Assembly: GCA_050952225.1 (NCBI GenBank)
Contig: JBMNKL010000001.1
Location: 238,589 to 302,588, forward strand
Direction: 5' to 3'
DNA: 64,000 nt
Source: Acetivibrionales bacterium
Lineage (GTDB): Bacteria > Bacillota > Clostridia > Acetivibrionales > DTU013
Part shown: positions 54,731 through 64,000 of the stretch, piece after piece
How positions within the stretch are numbered: position 1 is the stretch's first letter
Layout of the letters: each line of letters begins with the position of its first letter
Notes under the pieces: generated by a model
The model's input: the letters and a program-made list of their open reading frames with translations, nothing else
Told to the model about the DNA's origin: nothing
The model's database searches: none
Program-made: the position numbers and the translations under genes

Positions 54731-56209
54731 CTAATCGTTTTTCTTTGCTGAAACAACCTTTATAAACCTGTCATAGGCTTCCTCCCACTGATCCGATTCC
54801 TGCGGCATGAACTCTGCCAGGGTTTCGGATCTCTTTACCAGTGTCCTGCCTTCATCCAGGCTCTTGATTTCTTTCAATGCCATCAATTGAACAATAAGAT
54901 TGCCTATGGCAGTTGCCTCCGCCGGGCCCGTAATAACAGGCCGTGCCGTGGCGTTGGCGGTAAACTGATTCAGCATTTTGTTTTTGGAGCCCCCGCCCAC
55001 CACATGCAGCACAGGTATTTTATATCCCACAATCTCTTCAAGGGATTCAACAGCCATCCGGTATTTCAGGGCGAGGCTTTCCATGATGCAACGGACAACC
55101 TGGCCTTTTGACCCGGGTATTTTTTGTCCTGTCTTTTTGCAATACTCCCGGATTTTCCGCGGCATGCCGCCCGGACTGAAAAAGGTGATATCGTCGGGAT
55201 CAATAAACGCCAGGAAAGGTTCGGAGGCGTATGCCATGTTAACCAGGTCATCAAAGGATAAAGCTGCCCCTTCTTTTTCCCATTCTCTTTTGCATTCCTG
55301 GAATATCCACAGCCCCATAATGTTCTTTAAAAGCCTTGTACTCCTGTTATAACCGCCCTCATTTGTATAATTCAAGCTGAAACTGAGATCATTTATAATT
55401 GGTTCCTCGGATTCCACGCCCAGCAGCGACCATGTGCCGCTGCTTATGTAAGCATAAGGCCCTTCTCCCGCGGGAACCGAGATAACGGCGCTTCCGGTAT
55501 CATGCTCGGCAACCGCAACCAGGGGTACCCGGCCTGTTCCGAGCTCACCGGCAACTCTTTCGGTCAATCGGCCGGCCATTTCTCCGGCATCCACGATATT
55601 GGTCAGAATTTCCAGCGGTATACCCAGCTTCTCCAGTAAATATTTGTCCCAGCCCGAGTCCTTGGGGCCAATCATCTGTGATGTGCTGGCTATGGTGTAT
55701 TCGCACGTTTTTTCACCGGTAAGAAAGTACCTGAGCAAATCCGGGATAAACAGCATGGCAGATGCCCTGTCCAGCAGATCCGGGTTGCCAGTTTTCAACG
55801 AAAAGAGTTGGAACAGCGTGTTAAAAGGCTGTAACTGAATTCCTGTCCGCTCATATATAACATTGCCGGGTATCAGCTCAAAGACCTTGTTCATGGTGGC
55901 TTCGGCGGAATTCCTGTAATGATAGGGATTGGCCAAAAGCCTGCCGTCTTTGTCCAAAAGGCCGACATCCACTCCCCAGGTGTCAATTCCAATGGAGGAC
56001 AGTTCCGTTCCCGCTGCCAGGGCCGCTTTTGATATCCCCTGCATCATTTCATGGAACAGTCTTAAAATATCCCAATACAGGCCATCGGCAAGTTGTACCG
56101 GGTCATTGGGGAATCTGTGCAATTCCCGGAGCGACAGCCTTTCACCGTCAAAATCCCCAAGAATGGCCCGTCCGCTTGATGCACCGTAATCGAAAGCCAA
56201 CAGCTTCAA
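54731..56209 (-). CDS. rhaB: rhamnulokinase (FGGY family)
   Basis: 492 aa. AFDYGASSGRAILG (N-terminal ATPase motif), GIDTWGVD, and HVVGGGSKNKMLNQFTANA (C-terminal FGGY motif). Operon context with rhaA. Confidence 0.9.
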   Translation of the reverse strand: MKLLAFDYGASSGRAILGDFDGERLSLRELHRFPNDPVQLADGLYWDILRLFHEMMQGISKAALAAGTELSSIGIDTWGVDVGLLDKDGRLLANPYHYRNSAEATMNKVFELIPGNVIYERTGIQLQPFNTLFQLFSLKTGNPDLLDRASAMLFIPDLLRYFLTGEKTCEYTIASTSQMIGPKDSGWDKYLLEKLGIPLEILTNIVDAGEMAGRLTERVAGELGTGRVPLVAVAEHDTGSAVISVPAGEGPYAYISSGTWSLLGVESEEPIINDLSFSLNYTNEGGYNRSTRLLKNIMGLWIFQECKREWEKEGAALSFDDLVNMAYASEPFLAFIDPDDITFFSPGGMPRKIREYCKKTGQKIPGSKGQVVRCIMESLALKYRMAVESLEEIVGYKIPVLHVVGGGSKNKMLNQFTANATARPVITGPAEATAIGNLIVQLMALKEIKSLDEGRTLVKRSETLAEFMPQESDQWEEAYDRFIKVVSAKKND

Positions 56210-56433
56210 TGTTCACTCCCCCTTCAAACATAAAGATACAGTTCTCATGCCATTCATTGCCTTTATTATAAAACATATTATTGAAAATTGACATAGTGTA
56301 CGTTAATCTTTCCTGGTTCTTTCATGATATATAATATCAGGAATAAACATTTTTGAAAACAATCAATCAAAAATGTGATATAATTTTGATATGATTTTAT
56401 TCAATGAGTTCGGTTTTAACAAGGAGCACACGG

Positions 56434-57204
56434 ATGTTTGCCATTGAGAGACTTAATAAAATCAAGGAAATCTTGTTCAGGGAAAAGCGAGTCGATGTTT
56501 TTGAACTTAGCGAGATGTTTTCCGTAACCGAAGTAACAATCCGGAGAGATCTCGATAAACTTGAGCAGGAAGGCTTTCTTATAAAGACATACGGGGGAGC
56601 CGTTCTAAACGAGAAATACCTGGATAGCCCTTCAATTGCGAGTTTTATGGAAAGGGCCAGTGAAGAAAAGCAAATGATCGGAAAAATCGCGTCCGCGATG
56701 GTCGAGGACGGGGATGCCATATTCCTGAGCCCGGGTTCCACCTGTCTTGAAATAGCCCGTAATATCAAGCAAAAAAGAGTAACCGTTGTGACCAACGATC
56801 TGGTAACGGGCCTTGAGCTTCGTAACAGCCCCGGGGTGAAGGTTATTGTTACAGGCGGTGACCTTATCCAATCCACCTCAACCCTTGTGGGCGGCTTTAC
56901 ACTTCAGGCTCTGCATGGCATTTATATAAGTAAAGCGTTTATTGGCGTCAAGGGAATCAACTTCAATTCCGGGTATACTGTTGACAGCTATGAAGAGGTA
57001 ATGGTGGTTGAAGAAGTGAGGAAAAAATCCAACGACCTCATCATCATCGCCGACTATACAAAATTCAATTATACTGCATTCGCCAGGCTGGGCGATTTGC
57101 AGATGGCCAAAAAAGTAATCACCAATAAGCAAGTTCCCGCTGAATATAAAAAATATTATTTTGAAAACGATATAAAATTATATACAACCTTTGAGTTTGA
57201 GTAA
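56434..57204 (+). CDS. DeoR/GlpR-family transcriptional regulator (rhamnose regulator by context)
   Basis: The N-terminal HTH MFAIERLNKIKEILFREKRVDVFELSEMFSVTEVTIRRDLDKLEQEG plus a C-terminal sugar-phosphate-binding domain. It is divergent from rhaB. ATG 56434 has an AAGGAG RBS. Confidence 0.88.
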   Translation: MFAIERLNKIKEILFREKRVDVFELSEMFSVTEVTIRRDLDKLEQEGFLIKTYGGAVLNEKYLDSPSIASFMERASEEKQMIGKIASAMVEDGDAIFLSPGSTCLEIARNIKQKRVTVVTNDLVTGLELRNSPGVKVIVTGGDLIQSTSTLVGGFTLQALHGIYISKAFIGVKGINFNSGYTVDSYEEVMVVEEVRKKSNDLIIIADYTKFNYTAFARLGDLQMAKKVITNKQVPAEYKKYYFENDIKLYTTFEFE

Positions 57205-57245
57205 GCCTTGATACCGTGGCAATCTGTGGAAAGAGGGTTTATTAG

Positions 57246-58766
57246 TTGGGCAAGTATTTGGAAATGAAAAAAATAACCAAGCGGTTCAATGATAATCTGA
57301 TTCTTGACCGTATAGATTTTAGTGTTGAAAAAGGTCAGGTCCATGCGATTGTAGGTGAGAACGGAGCAGGGAAAACCACCCTTATGAAGATTCTCGCAGG
57401 GCTTTATACCCCCGATTCCGGTGAAATATTTATAGATGGGAAAAAAGTTATTATTGATTCACCCAGGAAAGCCCAGGATCTCGGCATTTCAATGATATAC
57501 CAGGAAATAAGACTGTTTCCAGATTTAAACGTCACCCAGAACATCTTTATCAAGAGGGAACCCCTGGTAAAACCAAAATGGCTGAGGCTTATTAACTGGG
57601 ACGAAGCATACAGGGAAACCATCCGGTACCTGGAAGCCTTCAAGCTGAATATAAACCCCCGGAGCCCGGTGAGCCTGCTTAGCCTGGGTCAGCAAAAATT
57701 TGTGGAAATTATAAAGGCGCTCTCCCAAAAATCAAATATTCTAATCATGGACGAGACCACCGCGGCCTTAACCGAATCAGAGATTCAACTCCTTCTTGAG
57801 GCTGTCAGGTCCATCAAAAAACTGGGAGTGGCAGTCATTTTCATCTCGCACAGGCTGGAAGAAATCAAGCAAATTGCCGATGCGGTAACCGTATTGCGGG
57901 ACGGCAGGGTGATACGCTCCTCGGCCATCGGCGAAGTCGATTACGATGAAATTATCAGGGAGATGGCAGGCGGGGAACTAAAGGACAGGTACCCTAAAAT
58001 AAAAATTAATCCCGGCAATGAAGTTTTACGGGTTGAGAACCTTAATTACAGCGGAATATTGAAAAACATCAACCTGGAAGTTAGAAAAGGCGAAATCTTT
58101 GGGATAACAGGCTTAAGCGGTTCGGGCAGGAGAACACTGGCCAAGGTGCTGTTCGGCATCAACACTCCCTATGAAGGCTGTATCCGTATCAACGGAAAGA
58201 CCTTCAAGTCCATATCCCCGAGAATCGCTATGAAATACGGCCTTTGCTATGTTGCCGGCATCGGTACCGATGAGGGCCTGATTAAGCAGGAAACGGTCTC
58301 AAAAAACATAACCCTGACCAATCTGAAAAGGATTTCCAAGGCAGGTATCATCAGTCCGTCCCTGGAGTCCAGGCATGTTTCGGACCTGATCGAAAGGCTT
58401 GAAATTTCCGCCCGGAACAAGGATATCGTAGGCACCTTGAGCGGCGGCAAGCAAAAGAAGGTCAGCCTTGCCAAGTGGCTTTTCAACAATGCCAAAATAT
58501 TAATTATTGATGAACCCACCGCCGGTATTGATATCAGCTCCAAGGTTGATATTTATAATATCATTAACGAATTGGCTATGTCGGGCGCCTCGGTTATCAT
58601 GATATCCTCGGATCTTTCCGAAGCAATCGGGATGTGTGACAGGATCGCCATCATGTATAACGGCGAAATAAGGAAAACCCTTGATAAAAAAGATGCGACC
58701 CGTGCCAAAATCATACACTATGCGTCGGGTGGAAACGATGACGATATTCCCCTGGATGAAGACTAG
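57246..58766 (+). CDS. sugar ABC transporter ATP-binding protein (duplicated-ATPase, RbsA-like), first copy
   Basis: 506 aa with two ABC cassettes: GENGAGKTT / LSLGQQKFVEI / ILIMDETTAAL, and GLSGSGRRT / LSGGKQKKVSL / ILIIDEPTAGID. Confidence 0.85.
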   Translation: MGKYLEMKKITKRFNDNLILDRIDFSVEKGQVHAIVGENGAGKTTLMKILAGLYTPDSGEIFIDGKKVIIDSPRKAQDLGISMIYQEIRLFPDLNVTQNIFIKREPLVKPKWLRLINWDEAYRETIRYLEAFKLNINPRSPVSLLSLGQQKFVEIIKALSQKSNILIMDETTAALTESEIQLLLEAVRSIKKLGVAVIFISHRLEEIKQIADAVTVLRDGRVIRSSAIGEVDYDEIIREMAGGELKDRYPKIKINPGNEVLRVENLNYSGILKNINLEVRKGEIFGITGLSGSGRRTLAKVLFGINTPYEGCIRINGKTFKSISPRIAMKYGLCYVAGIGTDEGLIKQETVSKNITLTNLKRISKAGIISPSLESRHVSDLIERLEISARNKDIVGTLSGGKQKKVSLAKWLFNNAKILIIDEPTAGIDISSKVDIYNIINELAMSGASVIMISSDLSEAIGMCDRIAIMYNGEIRKTLDKKDATRAKIIHYASGGNDDDIPLDED

Positions 58767-58936
58767 GATGTCGCTGCCGGGTTTTTAGCCATTCTGCTGT
58801 TCCATTCAGCCATTCTGTTGTTCTGTGACATAAACACCAGGAAACATAATCATTCATGACAAGTGAAATTATTCTTGCTTGAGAATATGTTTATAAGATT
58901 AACATGTTAAATTCTTCACTTTTCTATGATTATCTG

Positions 58937-58965
58937 TTGACTTTTTTATCGATTAAGTTTAATAT
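58937..58965 (+). promoter_or_regulatory. sigma-A-type promoter of the transporter operon
   Basis: TTGACT (58937-58942), 17-nt spacer, TAATAT (58960-58965), followed by a CA-rich leader. Confidence 0.5.
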
Positions 58966-59068
58966 AAATATAAAACAACACAAACAAACACAAACGAAAC
59001 ATATTGTTACATGACAATATTCCAAAAAACGAATTTATTTCACAAAAATAATAAACAGGGGTTGCATT

Positions 59069-60577
59069 ATGTCTGATTACATTTTGGAATTGAAAGGAAT
59101 AACAAAGATATTCCCTGGGGTCAAGGCTCTTGACAAAGTCAATTTCCAGCTAAAAAAGGGCGAAATACACGCCCTCATGGGAGAAAACGGAGCCGGAAAA
59201 TCAACTTTCATTAAAATCATAACCGGTGTTCATCAGCCTGAAGAGGGAGAAATCTACATAAACGGAGAAAAGGTTGAAATCAAAAACCCAAAAGACGCTC
59301 AAAGGTACGGTATTGCCGCCATTTATCAGCATATCACCTGCTACCCCGACTTAAGCGTCACCGAGAATATCTTCATTGGCCATGAAAAGGTTGAAAAGGT
59401 TACCAACCGCATCTTGTGGAAAGAAATGCACGCCAAGGCCAGGCAGTTGCTGGACGAGCTCGGGGCGGGGTTTGACCCGAGAACTCAAATGGGTACCCTG
59501 AGTATTGCCCAGCAGCAAATTGTTGAAATCGCAAAGGCGCTGTCTACCAATGCCAAAATAATCATCATGGATGAACCGACCGCCGCCCTTACCAAGAGGG
59601 AGAGCGAAAACCTGTATAAAATAACGGAGAAGCTCCGGGATAACGGAACCTCGATTATTTTCATATCCCACAGGTTCGAGGATATGTACAGGCTGGCAAG
59701 CAGGGTTACCGTGTTCCGCGATGCAAAGTACATAGGCACCTGGCCTGTGGATGGAATCTCCAATGACAAGCTTATTTTTGCAATGGTCGGCCGGGAAATA
59801 ACCCAGTTGTTTCCCAAGAGAGAACCCTGTATGGGCGAGGAAGTGCTTCGGGTTGAAAACCTTAGGAGAATCGGGTATTTTGAGGACATTTCATTTTCAG
59901 TACGGAAGGGCGAGATTGTTTCGCTGACCGGTCTTGTCGGCGCAGGAAGAAGCGAGGTATGCCAGTCAATTTTCGGGATTTACCCTTATAACGGCGGCAA
60001 AATCTTTATTGAAGGCCGCGAGGTTTCCATAAAGCATCCACTTGAAGCAATGAGGCTGGGAATCGGATACCTGCCCGAAGACAAGCAAAAACAGGGACTG
60101 GTCCTTGATTGGGCAATTGCGAAAAATATTACGCTGTCAACACTGGAGAAATTCTCCAAAAGAGGCTGGCTCAATGAGGAAAAAGAAAACGAAAGCTCAC
60201 TGGCCCTTTCAAAAAAAGTAAATGTAAAGACAACCAGCATCTTTAACCCGGCAAGCTCACTGTCGGGAGGCAACCAACAAAAGGTAATCGTAGCCAAGCT
60301 TTTATCGGCTGACCTGAAGCTGATAATCCTGGATGAGCCTACAAAGGGTATCGACGTAGGCGCAAAATCCGCCATATATGAAATTATGAATGATTTGGCA
60401 AACCAGGGCTATGGTATTCTCATGGTTTCTTCAGAGATGCCGGAAGTTCTCGGTATGAGCGACAAGATTCTTGTTATGCGTGAAGGCCGCATAACGGCTA
60501 CATTTATGAGAGGCGAAGCAACACAGGAAGCAATTCTTGAAGCAGCGATGCTTAAGAAAACCATGACCAGTGCGTAG
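59069..60577 (+). CDS. rhaT: sugar (rhamnose-type) ABC transporter ATP-binding protein, second copy
   Basis: 502 aa with two cassettes: GENGAGKST / LSIAQQQIVEI / IIIMDEPTAAL, and GLVGAGRSE / LSGGNQQKVIV / LIILDEPTKGID. It directly precedes two permease genes. Confidence 0.85.
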   Translation: MSDYILELKGITKIFPGVKALDKVNFQLKKGEIHALMGENGAGKSTFIKIITGVHQPEEGEIYINGEKVEIKNPKDAQRYGIAAIYQHITCYPDLSVTENIFIGHEKVEKVTNRILWKEMHAKARQLLDELGAGFDPRTQMGTLSIAQQQIVEIAKALSTNAKIIIMDEPTAALTKRESENLYKITEKLRDNGTSIIFISHRFEDMYRLASRVTVFRDAKYIGTWPVDGISNDKLIFAMVGREITQLFPKREPCMGEEVLRVENLRRIGYFEDISFSVRKGEIVSLTGLVGAGRSEVCQSIFGIYPYNGGKIFIEGREVSIKHPLEAMRLGIGYLPEDKQKQGLVLDWAIAKNITLSTLEKFSKRGWLNEEKENESSLALSKKVNVKTTSIFNPASSLSGGNQQKVIVAKLLSADLKLIILDEPTKGIDVGAKSAIYEIMNDLANQGYGILMVSSEMPEVLGMSDKILVMREGRITATFMRGEATQEAILEAAMLKKTMTSA

Positions 60578-60608
60578 TGTATCAATAAAAAAAGGTGGAT
60601 TGGCATTT

Positions 60609-61616
60609 ATGTTTGGTAAAACTCAGAACAAAACGACAACGGGAGAGAGTATCTCCAGGTTCAGAGAATTAGGAATGCTGATGATTATAATACTTGTCTC
60701 CTTATTGGTTCAATTACGCAATCCGAGTTTCCTAACTCTCGAAAATATCGATGACTTGCTGAAAAACACCGCGATCTTAAGTATCTTGTCTGTGGGCATG
60801 ATGCTGGTTATTGTAACAAGGGGCATTGACCTGTCAATAGGCGCAACCCTTGCGCTGTCAGGAATGATTTCGGCGTTAACGGTTTCCGCCAACCCGGGCT
60901 TAAGCCCGGTTCTGGCCATCCTGCTTGGCATCGGCGTTGGCATTGTCTGCGGATCGCTGGTCGGACTCCTGGTCGCAAAGTTCAACATTCTCCCGATCAT
61001 TGCATCACTGGGTATGATGAATGTGTACAGGGGCCTTACCTATATCTTGAGCGGAGGTAAATGGGTCAGCTCTTACCAGATGCCCGAAAGCTTCAAAAAA
61101 ATAGCTACCGGCAATGTACTGGGGATAAACATGCTGGTTTTCATAGCCATTATTATATACATCATATTCTATTATTTCATTAATCACGTAAGGACGGGAA
61201 GACAGATCTACGCAGTGGGAAGCAATCCCGAATCGGCGAAAATAAGCGGAATAAACAACAGCAAAATATTATTTATTGTGTACGTAATAATGGGTGCCCT
61301 GGCCGGACTGGCCGGTGTCCTTTGGGTATCGAAGTTTGCGTCAGCCCAGGGCGATACAGCCGTAGGGTATGAAATGAATGTCATCGCAGCCTGTGTACTG
61401 GGAGGAGTCAGCATGGCAGGCGGTTCGGGAAAAATTTCCGGACTTATAATGGGATCGGTGCTGCTCGGCATACTAAATAACGCGCTGCCGCTGGTCAAAG
61501 TATCTCCCTTCTGGCAACAGGCAATCCATGGCGTTATCATTCTCGCTGCCGTATTGATCAATACGCTTGTCAAGAGAAGAGTTGACAAAAATAATCTGTT
61601 GAGGAGGAAAATTTAA
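60609..61616 (+). CDS. rhaP: sugar ABC transporter permease (RbsC/RhaP-like)
   Basis: About 10 TM helices and family-typical segments (IVTRGIDLSIGATLALSG, GGVSMAGGSGKISG). ATG 60609 has a GGTGGA RBS. Confidence 0.85.
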   Translation: MFGKTQNKTTTGESISRFRELGMLMIIILVSLLVQLRNPSFLTLENIDDLLKNTAILSILSVGMMLVIVTRGIDLSIGATLALSGMISALTVSANPGLSPVLAILLGIGVGIVCGSLVGLLVAKFNILPIIASLGMMNVYRGLTYILSGGKWVSSYQMPESFKKIATGNVLGINMLVFIAIIIYIIFYYFINHVRTGRQIYAVGSNPESAKISGINNSKILFIVYVIMGALAGLAGVLWVSKFASAQGDTAVGYEMNVIAACVLGGVSMAGGSGKISGLIMGSVLLGILNNALPLVKVSPFWQQAIHGVIILAAVLINTLVKRRVDKNNLLRRKI

Positions 61617-61618
61617 CC

Positions 61619-62617
61619 ATGGAGCAAAGAAGTATGATCGGCAAAAAAGATTTCAGTCTCAAAAGGTTCTTCTTTCAATGGGAATGGATGCTGGTACTTA
61701 TCTTTATCCTTATAAATATAATCAACTCCAACCTGTCCCCATACTATCTTGATGGGAAACAGCTTGTAAGTGCCACCGCAACGTTCCTGGACAAGGCCTT
61801 TATCGTATTGCCCATGGCGTTTGTCATCATCCTCGGTGACATCGATATCTCCGTATCCTCAACTGTCGCCCTGTCCTCGGTAATCATGGCTGTATCGTAC
61901 AACGGGGGAGTTCCCATGGAGCTGGCCATCGTGATATGCCTTGCAGTGGGAACGGTATGCGGTTTTATAAACGGTTTAATAATCGCCAGGTTCAGGGAAC
62001 TTTCCGCAGTAATTGTGACCCTTTCCACTTCAATCATTTACAGGGGAATTGCCTACATCATCCTTGAAGATCAGGCTTCCGGCAAGTTCCCTTCATGGTT
62101 TGGCTTCCTGGGATGGGGAAATGTATTCGGAGTACCGTTCATACTGGTTCTGTTCGCGGTATGCGCGGTAATTTACGGGTTATTGCTGCATAAGACAACC
62201 TTTGGCCGCCGTGTCTATGCAATGGGTAATAACGAGACGGCAAGTAAATTTTCGGGTGTCCAGGTTGACAGGATCAAGATCATCGTGTTTACCCTGGCAG
62301 GTTTAATGTCCAGTGTGACAGCGCTCTTTCTCACCTCACGGATGGGCAGTACCAGGCCCAACGTAGCCAACGGTTATGACCTGGATGTCATTGCCATGGT
62401 CGTCCTGGGAGGCGTCAGCACGGCGGGAGGCAAGGGAAGAATAGGCGGAACAATACTGGCAATCTTCATCATCGGCTTCCTGAGGTATGGCCTTGGCCTT
62501 ATCAATGTGCCGTCCCAGGTTCTTCTGATTATCATAGGCGGCTTGCTGATCGGTTCCGTCCTTATACCTCAGCTTAAAGACATTAAAACCTTCAAAAGTG
62601 TTTCAGCCAAGCAGTAA
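61619..62617 (+). CDS. rhaQ: sugar ABC transporter permease (RbsC/RhaQ-like)
   Basis: 332 aa, the same permease family (GDIDISVSSTVALSS, GGVSTAGGKGRIGG). It starts 2 nt after the preceding stop. Confidence 0.85.
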   Translation: MEQRSMIGKKDFSLKRFFFQWEWMLVLIFILINIINSNLSPYYLDGKQLVSATATFLDKAFIVLPMAFVIILGDIDISVSSTVALSSVIMAVSYNGGVPMELAIVICLAVGTVCGFINGLIIARFRELSAVIVTLSTSIIYRGIAYIILEDQASGKFPSWFGFLGWGNVFGVPFILVLFAVCAVIYGLLLHKTTFGRRVYAMGNNETASKFSGVQVDRIKIIVFTLAGLMSSVTALFLTSRMGSTRPNVANGYDLDVIAMVVLGGVSTAGGKGRIGGTILAIFIIGFLRYGLGLINVPSQVLLIIIGGLLIGSVLIPQLKDIKTFKSVSAKQ

Positions 62618-62694
62618 CACGCGTAACAACCGGTAAGGTATGAAGCAGGAACCTGCTTTATATAAAAAATAAAATTTAAAGGAGGCAAAATAAA

Positions 62695-63780
62695 ATGAAG
62701 GGGAAAAGATTATTATCCGCTGTTATTGCCATCATGCTCATCGCTGCGATGCTGGCAGGATGCGGTGGTGGCGATAAAACTTCACCTGCTGCCACTCCTC
62801 CGGATAAGCCCGCTGACAAAGAGGAGGCACAAGACGCAGCACCCGCCCAGAAAGCCAAAATTGCTCTGATCGTTAAGAGCACCGGTAATCCTTTTATGGA
62901 GAAAATGGCGGACGGGTTTAAGGATGCTGTTGAGGAAACCGGGAATGAAGCTATTATAAAGGCCCCGGATCAGCCTACCGCTGAGGCCCAGATTCAAATG
63001 ATCGAAGAGCTTATCGCTCAGAAAGTCAGTGCCATCGCAGTCTCGGCAAATGATCCCGATGCCCTTCAGCCTGCTTTGAAGAAGGCCATGGATGAAGGTA
63101 TCAAGGTTCTTTCCCTGGACTCCGCCGTCAACGCACAGAGCCGCATGGTTCATATTCAACAGGCAGACCCCGAACGAATAGGCCGCGTCCAGATCCAGGC
63201 CGCCTACGAGATGATCGGCGGAAAAGGCCAGATCGCAGTCCTTAGCGCGACTTCCCAGGCTACCAACCAGAATACCTGGATTAAGTGGATGAAGAAGGAA
63301 CTGGAAGATCCCAAGTACAAGGATGTCGAACTTGTAAAGGTTGCCTACGGGGATGACCTCAGGGACAAGAGCGTTTCCGAAACGGAAGGCTTGCTCAAGA
63401 CATATCCCGACCTGAAATGTATCATAGCTCCTACTACCGTTGGAATTGCCGCTGCAGGTAAAGTTCTCACGGACAAAGGACTGAAAGACAAGGTATACCT
63501 GACAGGGCTTGGATTGCCCAGTGAAATGGCTGAATACATAGAGAGCGGTGTTTGTCCCTGGATGTACCTCTGGAACCCGATTGACCTGGGATATCTTGCC
63601 GGTGCGGCGGCAGATGCCCTGGTGAAGGGAACCATCACTGGCAAGGCCGGAGAAAAGTTCACTGCGGGAAGGCTCGGTGAAAGGGAGGTTGTCACGGTGG
63701 ACGACGGAACTGAAATCATGCTGGGCGACCCGTTCAAGTTTGACGCATCCAACATAGCCGAGTGGAAAACCGTTTATTAA
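62695..63780 (+). CDS. rhaS: sugar (rhamnose-type) ABC transporter substrate-binding lipoprotein
   Basis: Lipobox LAGCGG, an Ala/Pro/Asp-rich tether, then a periplasmic-binding-protein type I fold (KIALIVKSTGNPFMEKMADGF, VSAIAVSANDPDAL, KVLSLDS). Confidence 0.85.
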   Translation: MKGKRLLSAVIAIMLIAAMLAGCGGGDKTSPAATPPDKPADKEEAQDAAPAQKAKIALIVKSTGNPFMEKMADGFKDAVEETGNEAIIKAPDQPTAEAQIQMIEELIAQKVSAIAVSANDPDALQPALKKAMDEGIKVLSLDSAVNAQSRMVHIQQADPERIGRVQIQAAYEMIGGKGQIAVLSATSQATNQNTWIKWMKKELEDPKYKDVELVKVAYGDDLRDKSVSETEGLLKTYPDLKCIIAPTTVGIAAAGKVLTDKGLKDKVYLTGLGLPSEMAEYIESGVCPWMYLWNPIDLGYLAGAAADALVKGTITGKAGEKFTAGRLGEREVVTVDDGTEIMLGDPFKFDASNIAEWKTVY

Positions 63781-63791
63781 TACTCAGTCGA

Positions 63792-63849
63792 CATATGCAG
63801 AATCTTGCTCCTCCTGTAGGCATCTGCTTATAGGAGGAGCAAGCATATG
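63792..63849 (+). other. large intercistronic stem-loop between rhaS and rhaM
   Basis: CATATGC ... CTTGCTCCTCCT-(16-nt loop)-AGGAGGAGCAAG-GCATATG with no T tract. It may be an mRNA processing or stability element, and its 3' arm contains AGGAGG. Confidence 0.4.
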
Positions 63850-63875
63850 TAACCGGTTAACAGGAGGAGGGTAAA

Positions 63876-64000
63876 ATGACCAACAGCAATAAATTTGCAT
63901 GGACATGGTTTGTAAAGGAAGAATGCGTGGACGAGTATGTAAAAATGCACCTGGAACCATGGGAAGAAATAATGGAAGAGCACAGGAAAGCAGGAATCAG
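63876..64000 (+). CDS. rhaM: L-rhamnose mutarotase, 5' part (runs off the window)
   Basis: ATG 63876 with a GGAGGAGGG RBS. MTNSNKFAWTWFVKEECVDEYVKMHLEPWEEIMEEHRKAGI fits the RhaM/DUF718 N-terminus and the locus context. Confidence 0.7.
   Translation, partial: MTNSNKFAWTWFVKEECVDEYVKMHLEPWEEIMEEHRKAGI

Noticed and set aside
1-64000. Search for CRISPR arrays, rRNA genes, toxin-antitoxin pairs or known defence-system gene sets
   Set aside because: No regularly spaced direct repeats, no rRNA-like sequence, and no recognisable Cas, restriction-modification, Abi or TA gene pairs were seen. The only ATPases of unclear role (DUF4143, DUF815) lack the partner genes expected for defence systems.

Overview
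This 64-kb window looks like a chromosomal segment of a spore-forming Firmicute with Clostridia-like gene order. The taxon cannot be fixed without a database search. All calls rest on motif recognition in the supplied translations and manual reading of the DNA, and frameshift positions are approximate. Landmarks in order: ku; tadA plus tRNA-Ser(CGA); a low-GC patch with gene remnants; a thiol-disulfide module (ccdA plus a TlpA/ResA-like gene); a MATE pump; a compact ogt-nfo-alkD-like-DUF815 DNA-repair operon; and tRNA-Ser(GGA) followed by a GH11 xylanase and more remnants. Next come an M-box riboswitch with corA, then a roughly 10-kb stretch (17.2-27.1 kb) in which most genes are interrupted by frameshifts or a deletion (proC-like, cmk-like, yabG, an SLH protein, a phosphodiester glycosidase, flgG, flgF-like). 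This is followed by the conserved sporulation/cell-wall block ywmB-murA-spoIID-spoIIQ-spoIIID-mbl, preceded by two giant Fn3/SLH surface proteins. The rest holds aroK, a four-site DnaA-box cluster, a Cache-PAS-GGDEF-EAL protein, abrB, an AraC-type response regulator, tRNA-Arg(ACG) and an L-rhamnose locus (aldolase, rhaA, rhaB, DeoR regulator, RhaSTPQ-type ABC transporter, start of rhaM). The main finding is that spoIIID, the mother-cell sporulation regulator, is split inside its HTH recognition helix by a 3,194-bp insertion (28807-32000). The insertion encodes a 524-aa large serine recombinase, a small coupled ORF and an SDR. Its ends are a shared 6-bp core (TACACA) plus symmetric 12-bp inverted repeats, and removing it restores an 87-aa SpoIIID in frame. 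This is a skin-like developmentally excised element in a gene not among the classical interrupted sporulation genes I know of. No CRISPR array, rRNA or obvious prophage structural genes were seen.
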